Part shown: positions 19,086 to 29,098 of the stretch, one piece after another | Position numbering within the stretch: position 1 is the stretch's first letter | Layout of the letters: every line of letters begins with the position of its first letter | Assembly (NCBI GenBank): GCA_045543615.1 | Contig: JAZPXL010000018.1 | Span: 19,837-83,836, forward strand | Length of the DNA: 64,000 bases | DNA from: Eubacteriales bacterium | Lineage (GTDB): Bacteria; Bacillota; Clostridia; Oscillospirales; CAG-272 | Direction: 5' to 3' | Made by a program: the position numbers and the translations under genes | The notes under the pieces: generated by a model | The model's input: the letters and a program-made list of their open reading frames with translations, nothing else | Database searches by the model: none | What the model was told of the DNA's origin: nothing

Positions 19086-22000
19086 ATGATAGAACTTATT
19101 TACGGAATGCCGGGTTGTGGCAAAACTGAGTATATAATAAACGCACTAAAAGATGACGCAAAATCGGGCAAAAAAGCAATTGTAATTGTGCCGGAGCAAA
19201 TGACTGTTATGATGGAAAGACAGGCTCTCTATGCTCTGCCCACTTCAGCACAGCTTCATATTGAGGTGCTGAATTTTTCAAGACTTGCCAACAGAGTTTT
19301 CAGGCAACACGGAGGTCTTGTTTATAATTACGCATCAAAAGGCACAAAGAAGCTTATTATGTGGAGAGCTGTTAGAACAGCACTTCCTTTTTTGCGCGAA
19401 TATAGCAACTCTGCAAGAGACGATCGTTCGCTTGCTGATGCGATACTAAACACATATAAAGAGCTTCAGGCATCAGGAATATCTGCCGAGGCACTTGAGG
19501 AAAAAGCCTCGGAAATGGGTGACACCGTCCTATCCCGAAAGCTAAAAGACATATCTGCAATAATCGGCATTTACAACACTATGCTTTCCGAGAAATACAG
19601 TGACAACGACAGCGATCTTTCACGCCTTTGCAATCTACTTGATAACGTCAAATACTTTTCCGGATTCAACGTATATATTGACGGATTTACAAGCCTTACA
19701 GGTCAAGAACATTCTGTTTTGAAGTATATTTTGGAGCAAGCTGACAAAACCTGCATAACTTTTTCAATTCCGTTTCCTACTGATAAAAGCATAGATACTT
19801 TGACACTCAGAAAATGCTCCGACAGAACTCGCCGTGATATTGCTTCCCTCGGTCTTAAGAGCACAGATGTATTTCTCGAGCAGAACCACAGAACAAAGAG
19901 TCCGGAGCTTTTACGTGTTGCTGAAGTATTTTGGCAGCTTGGTAAATCCAAATATGATCCAATACCGAAAGAAAAACAGGGAGATATCGAGCTTTGGAGA
20001 GGTGTTGACATATACGATGAATGCGAGTTTGCTGCAGTTCGAGCCCGAGAGCTGATTGAACAAGGTTACCGTATGCGTGACATCGCAATAATTGCACGCA
20101 ACTCTGACAAATACAAAGGAATAATTGAACCTGCGCTTGATAATATGGATCTGGTGTACTTTGTTTCTGACAAAACGGATGCGGCACTTTGTCCCGTGGC
20201 GAGACTTATACTCTCTGCCATCCGTGTAGCCATTTACGGTTGGCGGCGTGAGGATGTTATCGCTAATCTCAAAACGGGATTATATCCTTTTTCTCCCCGT
20301 GATTGCGATATTTTTGAGAGCTATACTGCAAAGTGGAACATTACGGGAAAAAGATTCGTCTCAAAAGAGCCTTGGAATATGAATCCGGATGGATACACGC
20401 CGATCCTCTCTCACAGAGGAAAGGAAGTTCTCAGCGTTGCAAATTCTCTAAAAGACAAATTCATTCCAATTCTCCGCAACTTTATAACCTCGCTTCGTAA
20501 TGCCGAAACTGTAAAGGAGCTCTGCGCAGCTACATATGATTATCTGGAAACACTTTCTGTTTACGATTCGCTTATTGAGCTATCTACAAGATACCTCGAT
20601 TTCGGACAGATACGAGAGGCAAAAGAATGCGCTCGTATGTACGACGTTGTTCTTGATGCTCTTGACGGCGTTTGTGACGCCTTTGATGGAGAGGGTTGCC
20701 CTGATCTGCAAACCTTTGCAACTGCACTTAAAACTGTGCTTGAAGAAAGCGAGCTTGGAGCTATCCCTACGTCCGGTGACGAAATCATTATTGGATCTGC
20801 AAATATGCTCAGAGCATCGGGAGTTAAATGCGTAATTATTCTTGGTGCTTGCGACGGTGAGTTTCCGGGAAGCACTCAAAGCACAAGCTTGTTCTCCGAC
20901 AGCGAGCGTGACCTTTTGATTTCCAAAGACTTGCCACTTGTCGGTGACAGAAGCGAGAGGGCATCGGATGAGCTGTTCTATTTCCGCAGAGCCGTCTCCT
21001 CACCTACCGAAAAGCTTATTGTGTTTACACGTGCAGACTCTGAGCCATCAATTGCTTTTGCTCGTTTCAAAGCTATATTTGAGTATTTAGAGATAAACGA
21101 AACCACTGCTGATACAATTAGAAAGATCAGGACTTACAGAGCTGCCGGCGAATACATCCCCCTTTTGCAGAATACAGCCGAAGGCGAGGCACTCAGACGT
21201 TTGTTCACTGAGATTAACGACGTAACTCTACACACCTTTGATTACTCGAATTTTCCTATTGATGCGTCTTTCGATACAATATCACCAAAAACTGCAGAGG
21301 CTGTCATCGGACGAAGACTTGAGATTAGCCAATCGAAGATTGAGGCATATATGGGTTGCAAATTTGCCTACGCTTGCAAATACTTTTTGAGGCTTGACGA
21401 TGGCAAAAAAGTAAGCTTTGCTTATGACAGTATAGGTACATTCATTCACTATATAATTGAGAAATTCTTGTTGCGTGTATATCTCGACCTTGACGGACAT
21501 CTTCCTGATAATGAAAATTTTGACAAGCTCCTTGACGAAATAATCAGGGATTATCTTGAAGGTGCAATTCCTCTTGAGGATGGCAAACAAAGCTCACGTC
21601 TTTTGCATCTTGCCACAAGACTTCGCAAAATATCCAAGATAGTTCTCCGTGATATATTTGATGAGCTTGCTGACAGCAAATTTACACCTACATTCTTTGA
21701 ATTACCAATCGGCACTAAGGACATTCCGTCATTCGAGATAACGCTTAATGACGGCACCAAAATGTCTCTTGGTGGAAAGGTTGACAGGGTTGACACTTAT
21801 CGTTTGAATGGTAAAACATACATAAGAGTTGTTGACTACAAAACCGGAACAAAAGAATTTTCACTAAAGGACATAGAAAAGGGACTGAATCTTCAGTTGC
21901 TCCTATATATCTATGCGCTGACAAACAAACCAACGGGTGCATTTGCTGAGTCAATCGGAGGAACTCCCACTGCTGCATCAATAGCTTATCTGTCGGCTGT

Positions 22001-22343
22001 CCCCGGAAAAGTCAAAGCTCTTTCTATGAGCTCTACTGATTTCACGGAAAACATCTTCCGTTCTGAAATCAGTCGGACGGGACTTATAGTTAATGAGCCG
22101 GAGATAATTGATGCAATCAGTGTTTCAGGGAACAACAGACACTTGATGATAAAGCCCCGGTCAAACTCTTTCATAGAAAATGATAACCTGCATCTCCTAT
22201 ATGGACAGATAGAAACCATTCTACGAGAGATTGGCGACGAAATGATCGGTGGACATACGGAAGCACGTCCGATGGAAAAAAGCGGACGATGCAAATTCTG
22301 CCGATATGCGCAGATTTGCAGAGCTGCAAAGCACGAAAGATGA
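19086..22343 (+). CDS. addB: ATP-dependent helicase/nuclease subunit B
   Basis: GxxGxGKT, VPEQ, IDGF and a RecB-type nuclease (GKVDRVD, VVDYKTG, QL..Y) with Fe-S cysteines. Confidence 0.92.
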   Translation: MIELIYGMPGCGKTEYIINALKDDAKSGKKAIVIVPEQMTVMMERQALYALPTSAQLHIEVLNFSRLANRVFRQHGGLVYNYASKGTKKLIMWRAVRTALPFLREYSNSARDDRSLADAILNTYKELQASGISAEALEEKASEMGDTVLSRKLKDISAIIGIYNTMLSEKYSDNDSDLSRLCNLLDNVKYFSGFNVYIDGFTSLTGQEHSVLKYILEQADKTCITFSIPFPTDKSIDTLTLRKCSDRTRRDIASLGLKSTDVFLEQNHRTKSPELLRVAEVFWQLGKSKYDPIPKEKQGDIELWRGVDIYDECEFAAVRARELIEQGYRMRDIAIIARNSDKYKGIIEPALDNMDLVYFVSDKTDAALCPVARLILSAIRVAIYGWRREDVIANLKTGLYPFSPRDCDIFESYTAKWNITGKRFVSKEPWNMNPDGYTPILSHRGKEVLSVANSLKDKFIPILRNFITSLRNAETVKELCAATYDYLETLSVYDSLIELSTRYLDFGQIREAKECARMYDVVLDALDGVCDAFDGEGCPDLQTFATALKTVLEESELGAIPTSGDEIIIGSANMLRASGVKCVIILGACDGEFPGSTQSTSLFSDSERDLLISKDLPLVGDRSERASDELFYFRRAVSSPTEKLIVFTRADSEPSIAFARFKAIFEYLEINETTADTIRKIRTYRAAGEYIPLLQNTAEGEALRRLFTEINDVTLHTFDYSNFPIDASFDTISPKTAEAVIGRRLEISQSKIEAYMGCKFAYACKYFLRLDDGKKVSFAYDSIGTFIHYIIEKFLLRVYLDLDGHLPDNENFDKLLDEIIRDYLEGAIPLEDGKQSSRLLHLATRLRKISKIVLRDIFDELADSKFTPTFFELPIGTKDIPSFEITLNDGTKMSLGGKVDRVDTYRLNGKTYIRVVDYKTGTKEFSLKDIEKGLNLQLLLYIYALTNKPTGAFAESIGGTPTAASIAYLSAVPGKVKALSMSSTDFTENIFRSEISRTGLIVNEPEIIDAISVSGNNRHLMIKPRSNSFIENDNLHLLYGQIETILREIGDEMIGGHTEARPMEKSGRCKFCRYAQICRAAKHER

Positions 22344-22359
22344 GAAAGGAGGAAGTATT

Positions 22360-25300
22360 ATGGGATTTACACCTGCACAAACACTTGCGATAGAGCTCAG
22401 AGATCACAATATTCTCGTTTCAGCCGCTGCCGGTTCAGGAAAGACACACACTTTAATTGAAAGAATATTGAGACTTATTTCGGATAAGGAAAACCCGACC
22501 GATATTAGCAAAATGCTTATAGTAACATTCACCAGAGCTGCAGCCGGAGAACTTAGGACAAGGCTCTCAAAGAAGCTTGGCGAAGCTCTCGCTCTCGATC
22601 CAACCAATGATCTTATAGCATCACAGCTTACATCACTTACAAGTGCACAGATCTGCACAATAGACTCATACTGCCTCGATCTCATTCGTTCAAACTTCCA
22701 ATTACTCTCTTTACCTGCAAACTTCAGGCTTGCCGATGAGACCGAAATCAACATCCTAAAACGTGATGTTATGAACCAGATAATAGAGCGAAGATACGAA
22801 ACAGACGAAAGCTTCGGTGAGTTTTGCGACGAAATTTCAACTGCACGAAACGAAAGCAGACTTGCCGACATTCTCCTTGAGTTCTGCCAAACACTTAACG
22901 ATTACGGACTTTATGACATACGTAGCTATGTAAAAGCTTATGAATCTGAGGTTGAGTGCGAGTTTTTTGATACTCGTGCCGGACGATGCCTGCTTCTCTC
23001 TCTTGAATACGAGCTTGATAGTTACATCAAAAGACTTGATGGAATGATCAACTGCATTTCGGAGAATCCGGAGTGCGCTCCGTATGGTGAAGCAATAGCA
23101 TCTGACAGAGACTTTGCACAAGCTCTTCGTAATTCTCTTTCAAGAAGAGATTATGCATACTCCAAAAGCATCGCAAGCTCATATTCTCCACAAGGGCTTG
23201 GTTCGATAAAGAAAGAAGATAAAACTTCTGTCTCCGTTCAGCTTGCTGCCGACAGAAAAGAAATCAAAGAAAAGCTTCTAAAATTTGCATCTGTTGTTTT
23301 TGCAACGAACGAGGATGATATACCACGAATTTGCAAGAAAACTGCCGATTTTTCAAGAAAGCTCAATGAAATAGTAGAACAGTTCTTTGATATCTACGCA
23401 GAACAAAAGCTTTCAAGAGCTATATGCGAGTTTGCAGATCTTCGCCGTATGGCCTCAAAGCTTCTAATGGACGAAAACGGAAATCCAACCCCCATCGCTT
23501 TAGGAGAGAGAGAACGTTTCGATTACATTTTTGTTGATGAGTACCAGGATACAGACTCACGCCAGGATGCAATATTCAAAACTATCTCAAGGGGCAACAA
23601 CCTTTTCTTTGTCGGTGATATTAAGCAAAGCATCTATGGCTTCAGAGGAGCTGAGCCTTCGCTCTTTTCATCTTACCGTCGTTCATATCTTCCTGCGACA
23701 ATAAAAGAAAATCTCGACAAACCATCTTTGTCGATATTTATGTCTAACAATTTCCGTTGCTCGCCCAATATCATAAAATTCACCAACACAGTCTGTGGCT
23801 ACCTTTTCAGAGAAAGCGACGGCGATGGTAGTGGAATTGGCTATTTGGCTGAGGATGACCTTGTCTTCTCAAGAACCACCAAGTCTTCACAAAATAAAGT
23901 CAAGCTCGTTATGCTTGAAAAGGGTGGCTCTGAGTCCGATGAAAGTATTGAGTACTCATACTTGATATCAGAAATCAAGAGGCTTCTCAAAGACGGCCTA
24001 ACCCCCGAAGGAAAGCCGCTCAAGGCTTCGGATATTGCGATTCTTACGAGATCTAATTATGATGCAACAAAAGTATCAGATGCTCTCGGTCGAGCAGGAA
24101 TTGCACACGCAAACAGCGCAGGAATTGACCTGTTTGAGAATCCTGAGGTCTTGCTTATGCTGTCATTGCTATCTGCAATAGACAATCCTCAGAGAGACAT
24201 TCCTCTTGCAGGCGTACTCAAGTCTTCTCTCTTTGGATTTACCCTTGATGATCTTGTAAAGGTCAGGATCGGTAGATCTGATATGTCACTTTATGATGCA
24301 ATTACCGAATGCTCTGAGGACGCATCACTCGGTGAGCTTTCGACAAAATGCTTCTGGGCAATCTCAAAGCTCATTGAATATCGTACAGACTCTGAGGCGA
24401 TGCCTGTTCACACCTTTATTCGTATGCTTTGGAGAGATACTGCCGCACTATCTTTTGCGGGATCTAATGCTGAAACCAGCAAGCGTACACCCGCTGAAAG
24501 ACGAAGAAATCTTCGCAAGCTTTACGATTACGCAAGAAGATTTGAAGCATCGGAGTTCAAGAGTCTTCACGATTTCATTGACTACTTAAACGGAATAATT
24601 GATGAAGACACAACAATTTCATCTGAGGATGGTGTAAACGAAAACACCGTTCAGGTTATGACTGTTCACAAATCCAAGGGACTCGAATTTTCCGTTGTTT
24701 TCCTCGTTGGTTGTGCTTCACACGGAAAAAATGCAGAAACGGCTCAAATGATTTATTGTGATTCAAGAGATCTTGGCGTTGCGCTTAATACTAACGATGA
24801 TAGTGGACTTGGTATTGTTCAGAGTCCGTTCAGGCTCGGCGTTTCAAAACAGCTTGCAAGAGACTCAATGGACGAAGAAATCCGTGTACTCTACGTCGCT
24901 CTGACAAGAGCCAAGGACGAGCTATATATTGTTTCTTCAGGAACGGAGGGATTTGCCGAAAAGCGTATAGCCAAAGCCAAAGCAAGAGCCGAGGTTGGTG
25001 GACTATTCACAATAATGGATTCTCGTGGTTGGCTTGACCGTATTCTTCTTGCGCTGATGGCAGAGGGAGATGTTACATCATATGAGGTGCTTAATTACAC
25101 TGCAGACGATATTCTTACCCTTGGAGACGGCGAATTGGAAACAGAACCACCGAGCGAGGACGAAATCTTGGCTTGTTACGAAAAAATACGTCCCGTTCTT
25201 GAATTTAAGTACGATTATTATCTGCAGACCGATATTCCCGCAAAACTTTCTGTATCAAGACTCTATCCCGAGGCTCTTGACGAAGAAAGCACAACCGAAG

Positions 25301-25932
25301 AGCTTCTTCGCAAAGCACACAGCTTCTCTCGCAGAACCCCAAGGTTTATGGGAGGCAAAGAAGACGCCGCAGAAAAAGGAACTGCCACACATTTGTTTAT
25401 GCAATTCTGCGACTTTAGTCGACTCGATGGGACGGTAGAGAGCGTACAAGAGGAGCTTGAGCGATTGATAGAGAATAAATTTGTCCCAAGCTCAATCCGT
25501 GCTCTTGTCAGATGTGATGAGATCGCCAAGTTTACAAACAGCGACCTTTACAGAGAGATTCTCGAGGCAACAGAAGTACACCGTGAGTTGAGATTTAATA
25601 TTTTCCTGCCGGCATCAAGTTTCACAAGTCAGCTTTCGCGAAAAGAAGCGTTTAATGATCAAGAACTAATGGTGCAAGGCGTAATTGACATCTGCTTTGT
25701 CAATAAAAACGGAGAGCTTATTCTCTGCGACTATAAGACAGATCGACTCACTCCAAGAGAGATGAGCGATATTAATACTGTTAAGTTAAAAATGAAGAAT
25801 AAACACGGTTACCAGCTATCGTATTATGCTGACGCAATTGAGCGTATGATGGGCAGACGTCCTGACAGAGTATGTATATATTCTCTCTGTCTCGGTGACA
25901 GCATTGATATTGATACAACAACAGATTTCTAA
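22360..25932 (+). CDS. addA: ATP-dependent helicase/nuclease subunit A
   Basis: SAAAGSGKT, VDEYQD, VGDIKQSIYGFR, MTVHKSKGLEF, YVALTRA and C-terminal DYKTD. Confidence 0.95.
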   Translation: MGFTPAQTLAIELRDHNILVSAAAGSGKTHTLIERILRLISDKENPTDISKMLIVTFTRAAAGELRTRLSKKLGEALALDPTNDLIASQLTSLTSAQICTIDSYCLDLIRSNFQLLSLPANFRLADETEINILKRDVMNQIIERRYETDESFGEFCDEISTARNESRLADILLEFCQTLNDYGLYDIRSYVKAYESEVECEFFDTRAGRCLLLSLEYELDSYIKRLDGMINCISENPECAPYGEAIASDRDFAQALRNSLSRRDYAYSKSIASSYSPQGLGSIKKEDKTSVSVQLAADRKEIKEKLLKFASVVFATNEDDIPRICKKTADFSRKLNEIVEQFFDIYAEQKLSRAICEFADLRRMASKLLMDENGNPTPIALGERERFDYIFVDEYQDTDSRQDAIFKTISRGNNLFFVGDIKQSIYGFRGAEPSLFSSYRRSYLPATIKENLDKPSLSIFMSNNFRCSPNIIKFTNTVCGYLFRESDGDGSGIGYLAEDDLVFSRTTKSSQNKVKLVMLEKGGSESDESIEYSYLISEIKRLLKDGLTPEGKPLKASDIAILTRSNYDATKVSDALGRAGIAHANSAGIDLFENPEVLLMLSLLSAIDNPQRDIPLAGVLKSSLFGFTLDDLVKVRIGRSDMSLYDAITECSEDASLGELSTKCFWAISKLIEYRTDSEAMPVHTFIRMLWRDTAALSFAGSNAETSKRTPAERRRNLRKLYDYARRFEASEFKSLHDFIDYLNGIIDEDTTISSEDGVNENTVQVMTVHKSKGLEFSVVFLVGCASHGKNAETAQMIYCDSRDLGVALNTNDDSGLGIVQSPFRLGVSKQLARDSMDEEIRVLYVALTRAKDELYIVSSGTEGFAEKRIAKAKARAEVGGLFTIMDSRGWLDRILLALMAEGDVTSYEVLNYTADDILTLGDGELETEPPSEDEILACYEKIRPVLEFKYDYYLQTDIPAKLSVSRLYPEALDEESTTEELLRKAHSFSRRTPRFMGGKEDAAEKGTATHLFMQFCDFSRLDGTVESVQEELERLIENKFVPSSIRALVRCDEIAKFTNSDLYREILEATEVHRELRFNIFLPASSFTSQLSRKEAFNDQELMVQGVIDICFVNKNGELILCDYKTDRLTPREMSDINTVKLKMKNKHGYQLSYYADAIERMMGRRPDRVCIYSLCLGDSIDIDTTTDF

Positions 25933-25934
25933 AC

Positions 25935-25968
25935 AAAACCCCGACCATCGATGATGGTCGGGGTTTTT
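25935..25968. terminator. Bidirectional terminator
   Basis: AAAACCCCGACCATC-GAT-GATGGTCGGGGTTTTT. Confidence 0.85.
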
Positions 25969-25981
25969 GTATAATAATTAT

Positions 25982-27151
25982 TTACAGACTTTCGCAAACG
26001 CTCATTACATAGTCACCAAATTCACGGCAACTTGCGCCATTGCTTCTACCCGTGGATTTAATAGGAGCATCGGGTGCTGTGCAAATGTCAAGAGCCTTGG
26101 AAAGCTTTGCTGCTTCCTCAACATATCCGATGTGCTTGAGCAAAAGCTCAGCGGCACGGAGCATACTGGCAGGATTTGCATAAGCACCATCGCCTCTCTC
26201 AATCATCTTGGGAGCAGAACCGTGAATAGCCTCAAACATCGCATATCTGTTGCCGATATTTGCGCTACCTGCAGTACCGACACCACCCTGAAGCTGAGCC
26301 GCTTCGTCAGTAATAATATCGCCGTAGAGATTGGGAAGCAGGAATACCTGGAAGTCTGCTCTGCCTCTTGTGTCTACAAGCTTTGCTGTCATAATATCAA
26401 TATACCAGTCGCTGACCTCAAGCGTGGGGTACTCAGCAGCAGCAATCTCTCTTGCAATTCGAGCAAACTTGCCGTCGGTCTTCTTCATAATATTCGCCTT
26501 TGTAACAACAGCAACTCTTGTCTTGTTGTTCTTTACAGCAAAATCAAATGCCATTCTTGCAATTCTTGCGCATCCTGCATCGGTTGTAACCTTAAAGTCG
26601 CAGCAAAGACTATCGGGAATTTCTACGCCACGTGAACCGAGAACATACTCGCCCTCAGTATTCTCACGGAAGAAAGTCCAATCAACGCCCTCTTCAGGAA
26701 TCGCAACGGGACGAACATTTGCAAAAAGATCAAGCTCCCTACGCATAGCTACGTTTGCGCTTTCAAGCTCTTTTGCGCCCGTTCCACCCTTGGGAGTGGT
26801 TGTCGGGCCTTTAAGAAGAACATCACATTCCTTGATAGCTGCAAGAACATCATCGGGGATAGCTTTGTCACAAGCAATTCTATTTTCTATTGTAAGTCCA
26901 TCAATATCTCTGATTTCAATTCTACCCGATGCAATAGCATCTCTGAGAAGATACTCAAGAACTCTGCGAGCCTCAGCGGTAATAATCGGTCCGATCCCAT
27001 CGCCACCACAACAGCCGATGACGATTTTGTCGAGTGCTGCATAATCTTTAGCACCTGCATCACTCTTCATTCTTTCAGCTCGTGCGTACTGCTCACGCAA
27101 AAGTGTCTCAAACTGCTCGACTGCGCTTCGGATATATGTTTCGTTATTCAT
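25982..27151 (-). CDS. Isocitrate/isopropylmalate-family dehydrogenase, likely isocitrate dehydrogenase
   Basis: GDGIGP, KGPTTTP, SANV..R, PNLYGDI and EAIHGSAP; in an operon with aconitase and citrate synthase. Confidence 0.85.
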   Translation of the reverse strand: MNNETYIRSAVEQFETLLREQYARAERMKSDAGAKDYAALDKIVIGCCGGDGIGPIITAEARRVLEYLLRDAIASGRIEIRDIDGLTIENRIACDKAIPDDVLAAIKECDVLLKGPTTTPKGGTGAKELESANVAMRRELDLFANVRPVAIPEEGVDWTFFRENTEGEYVLGSRGVEIPDSLCCDFKVTTDAGCARIARMAFDFAVKNNKTRVAVVTKANIMKKTDGKFARIAREIAAAEYPTLEVSDWYIDIMTAKLVDTRGRADFQVFLLPNLYGDIITDEAAQLQGGVGTAGSANIGNRYAMFEAIHGSAPKMIERGDGAYANPASMLRAAELLLKHIGYVEEAAKLSKALDICTAPDAPIKSTGRSNGASCREFGDYVMSVCESL

Positions 27152-27163
27152 TATTAACCTCAC

Positions 27164-29095
27164 TTATTTCTTTGCGGTTGCGGCAATAAGTCCACCTGCA
27201 AGCATAATATCTATTTGTCTATCTGAAAGCTCACAAATAAGTGGAATAATCTCGCCACTTGTTTCATTTTTGAGAGTGTATCTGCCCGTATGAACACAGG
27301 AAAGCATATCGGATATCGTTATCGTATCGCCCTCTGCAATCTTATCATAATCATCAGGATTTGCAAACACAAGCGGAAGAATTCCTGCATTGACAAGATT
27401 GTCTCTGTGGATTCTTGCAAAGCTCTTGGCAACAACAGCCTTAACACCAAGATAAAGAGGAACTAAGGCAGCGTGCTCTCTGGATGAGCCCTGACCGTAG
27501 TTGACACCACCAACAATGATGCTGTTTTTAAGGCTCTTTGCTCTGCTTGGGAACTCTGCGTCGCAAACATTGAAGCAGAACTCGCTCATCTTCGGAATGT
27601 TTGAACGATAAGGCAGTACAGCTGCGCCGGCAGGCATTATGTGGTCTGTGGTAATATTGTCTCCTACCTTAAGAGAAACTGCCACAGTAATGCTGTCTGC
27701 AAGAGGTGTTGTGTCCGGGTAGCTCTTGATGTTAGGGCCACGAACAACCTGGGCTTCCTTTGCAACCTCCGGCGAGAGAGGTGCTATTACGCCACTATCA
27801 TCAATAAGGAAGCTATTGGGGATACTAATTGCAGGATAATCTCCAAGTGTTCTTGGGTCTGTTATATAACCTGTGATTGCAGATGCGGCAGCAACCTCAG
27901 GTGAAACGAGATACACACCTGCGTCACGAGTGCCACTTCTGCCCTCAAAGTTTCTGTTAAATGTGCGAAGAGAAACACCTCCGGATTCAGGCGAGAAGCC
28001 CATTCCAATGCAAGGGCCACAAGCGCATTCGAGAATTCTCGCTCCTGCAGAAATAATATCTGTAAGCGCACCACAGTCAGAAAGCATAGCGAAAACCTGC
28101 TTTGAACCGGGTGAAACTGACATACTAACCTCTGAGGATACGTTTTTACCCTTCAAAATTGCGGCAACGGCAAGCATATCAGCAAGCGACGAGTTGGTAC
28201 AAGAACCAACGCATACCTGAGTAACGGGAGTTCCTGCAAGTTCGCTGATCTTTTTTATATTGTCAGGGCTGTGAGGACAAGCTGCCATAGGCTCAAGAGT
28301 TGAGAGATCAATATTGATCACCTTGTCATATTCTGCATCAGCATCGGCAAATACAGGTGAATAATCTGCTTCTCTACCCTGTGCTGCAAGAAACGCACGA
28401 GTAACTTCATCTGCAGGGAAAATGGAGGTTGTTGCACCAAGCTCTGCGCCCATATTTGTGATGGTTGCTCTCTGGGGAACGCTGAGTGTAGAAACGCCCT
28501 CGCCGCCCCATTCGATTATTGCACCAACACCACCCTTAACGGAGAGAATGCGAAGGATCTCAAGGCTTACATCCTTTGCACTTACCCAAGGTGAGAGCTT
28601 ACCTGTGAGGTTTACTCTGTACATCTTGGGCATAATCATAGAATATGCACCACCGCCCATAGCAACGGCAACGTCAAGTCCACCTGCACCAAATGCAAGC
28701 ATACCAATTCCGCCGGCTGTGGGGGTGTGGCTGTCCGAGCCAACCAAAGTCTTTCCCGGTACACCGAAACGCTCAAGGTTCACTTGATGGCAAATGCCGT
28801 TTCCGGGGCGGGAATAATAGATTCCATACTTAGCAGCTGCAGTTCTTATGAAACGATGGTCGTCAGCGTTCATAAAGCCGGACTGAAGCGTGTTGTGGTC
28901 GATATAGGCAACAGAAAGGTCAGTTCTTACCCTGTCAATTCCCATAGCTTCAAATTCAATGTAAGCCATAGTGCCTGTTGCATCTTGGGTGAGTGTGCGA
29001 TCAATATGTATTGATATTTCACTTCCCGGAGTCATATCACCGGAAACAAGATGAGCAGCAATGATTTTTTCTGCGATTGTTTTTGGTGTTTTCAT
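27164..29095 (-). CDS. Aconitate hydratase
   Basis: TQDATGT, IDHN, GSDSHT, GSCTN, CGPCIG, FNRNFEGR and YGQGSSREHA. Confidence 0.93.
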   Translation of the reverse strand: MKTPKTIAEKIIAAHLVSGDMTPGSEISIHIDRTLTQDATGTMAYIEFEAMGIDRVRTDLSVAYIDHNTLQSGFMNADDHRFIRTAAAKYGIYYSRPGNGICHQVNLERFGVPGKTLVGSDSHTPTAGGIGMLAFGAGGLDVAVAMGGGAYSMIMPKMYRVNLTGKLSPWVSAKDVSLEILRILSVKGGVGAIIEWGGEGVSTLSVPQRATITNMGAELGATTSIFPADEVTRAFLAAQGREADYSPVFADADAEYDKVINIDLSTLEPMAACPHSPDNIKKISELAGTPVTQVCVGSCTNSSLADMLAVAAILKGKNVSSEVSMSVSPGSKQVFAMLSDCGALTDIISAGARILECACGPCIGMGFSPESGGVSLRTFNRNFEGRSGTRDAGVYLVSPEVAAASAITGYITDPRTLGDYPAISIPNSFLIDDSGVIAPLSPEVAKEAQVVRGPNIKSYPDTTPLADSITVAVSLKVGDNITTDHIMPAGAAVLPYRSNIPKMSEFCFNVCDAEFPSRAKSLKNSIIVGGVNYGQGSSREHAALVPLYLGVKAVVAKSFARIHRDNLVNAGILPLVFANPDDYDKIAEGDTITISDMLSCVHTGRYTLKNETSGEIIPLICELSDRQIDIMLAGGLIAATAKK

Positions 29096-29098
29096 TTT

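Noticed and set aside
19086..25932. Helicase-nuclease pair with an Fe-S PD-(D/E)xK domain as a defence or Cas4-like system
   Set aside because: Sizes, order and motifs match ordinary AddAB recombination repair.
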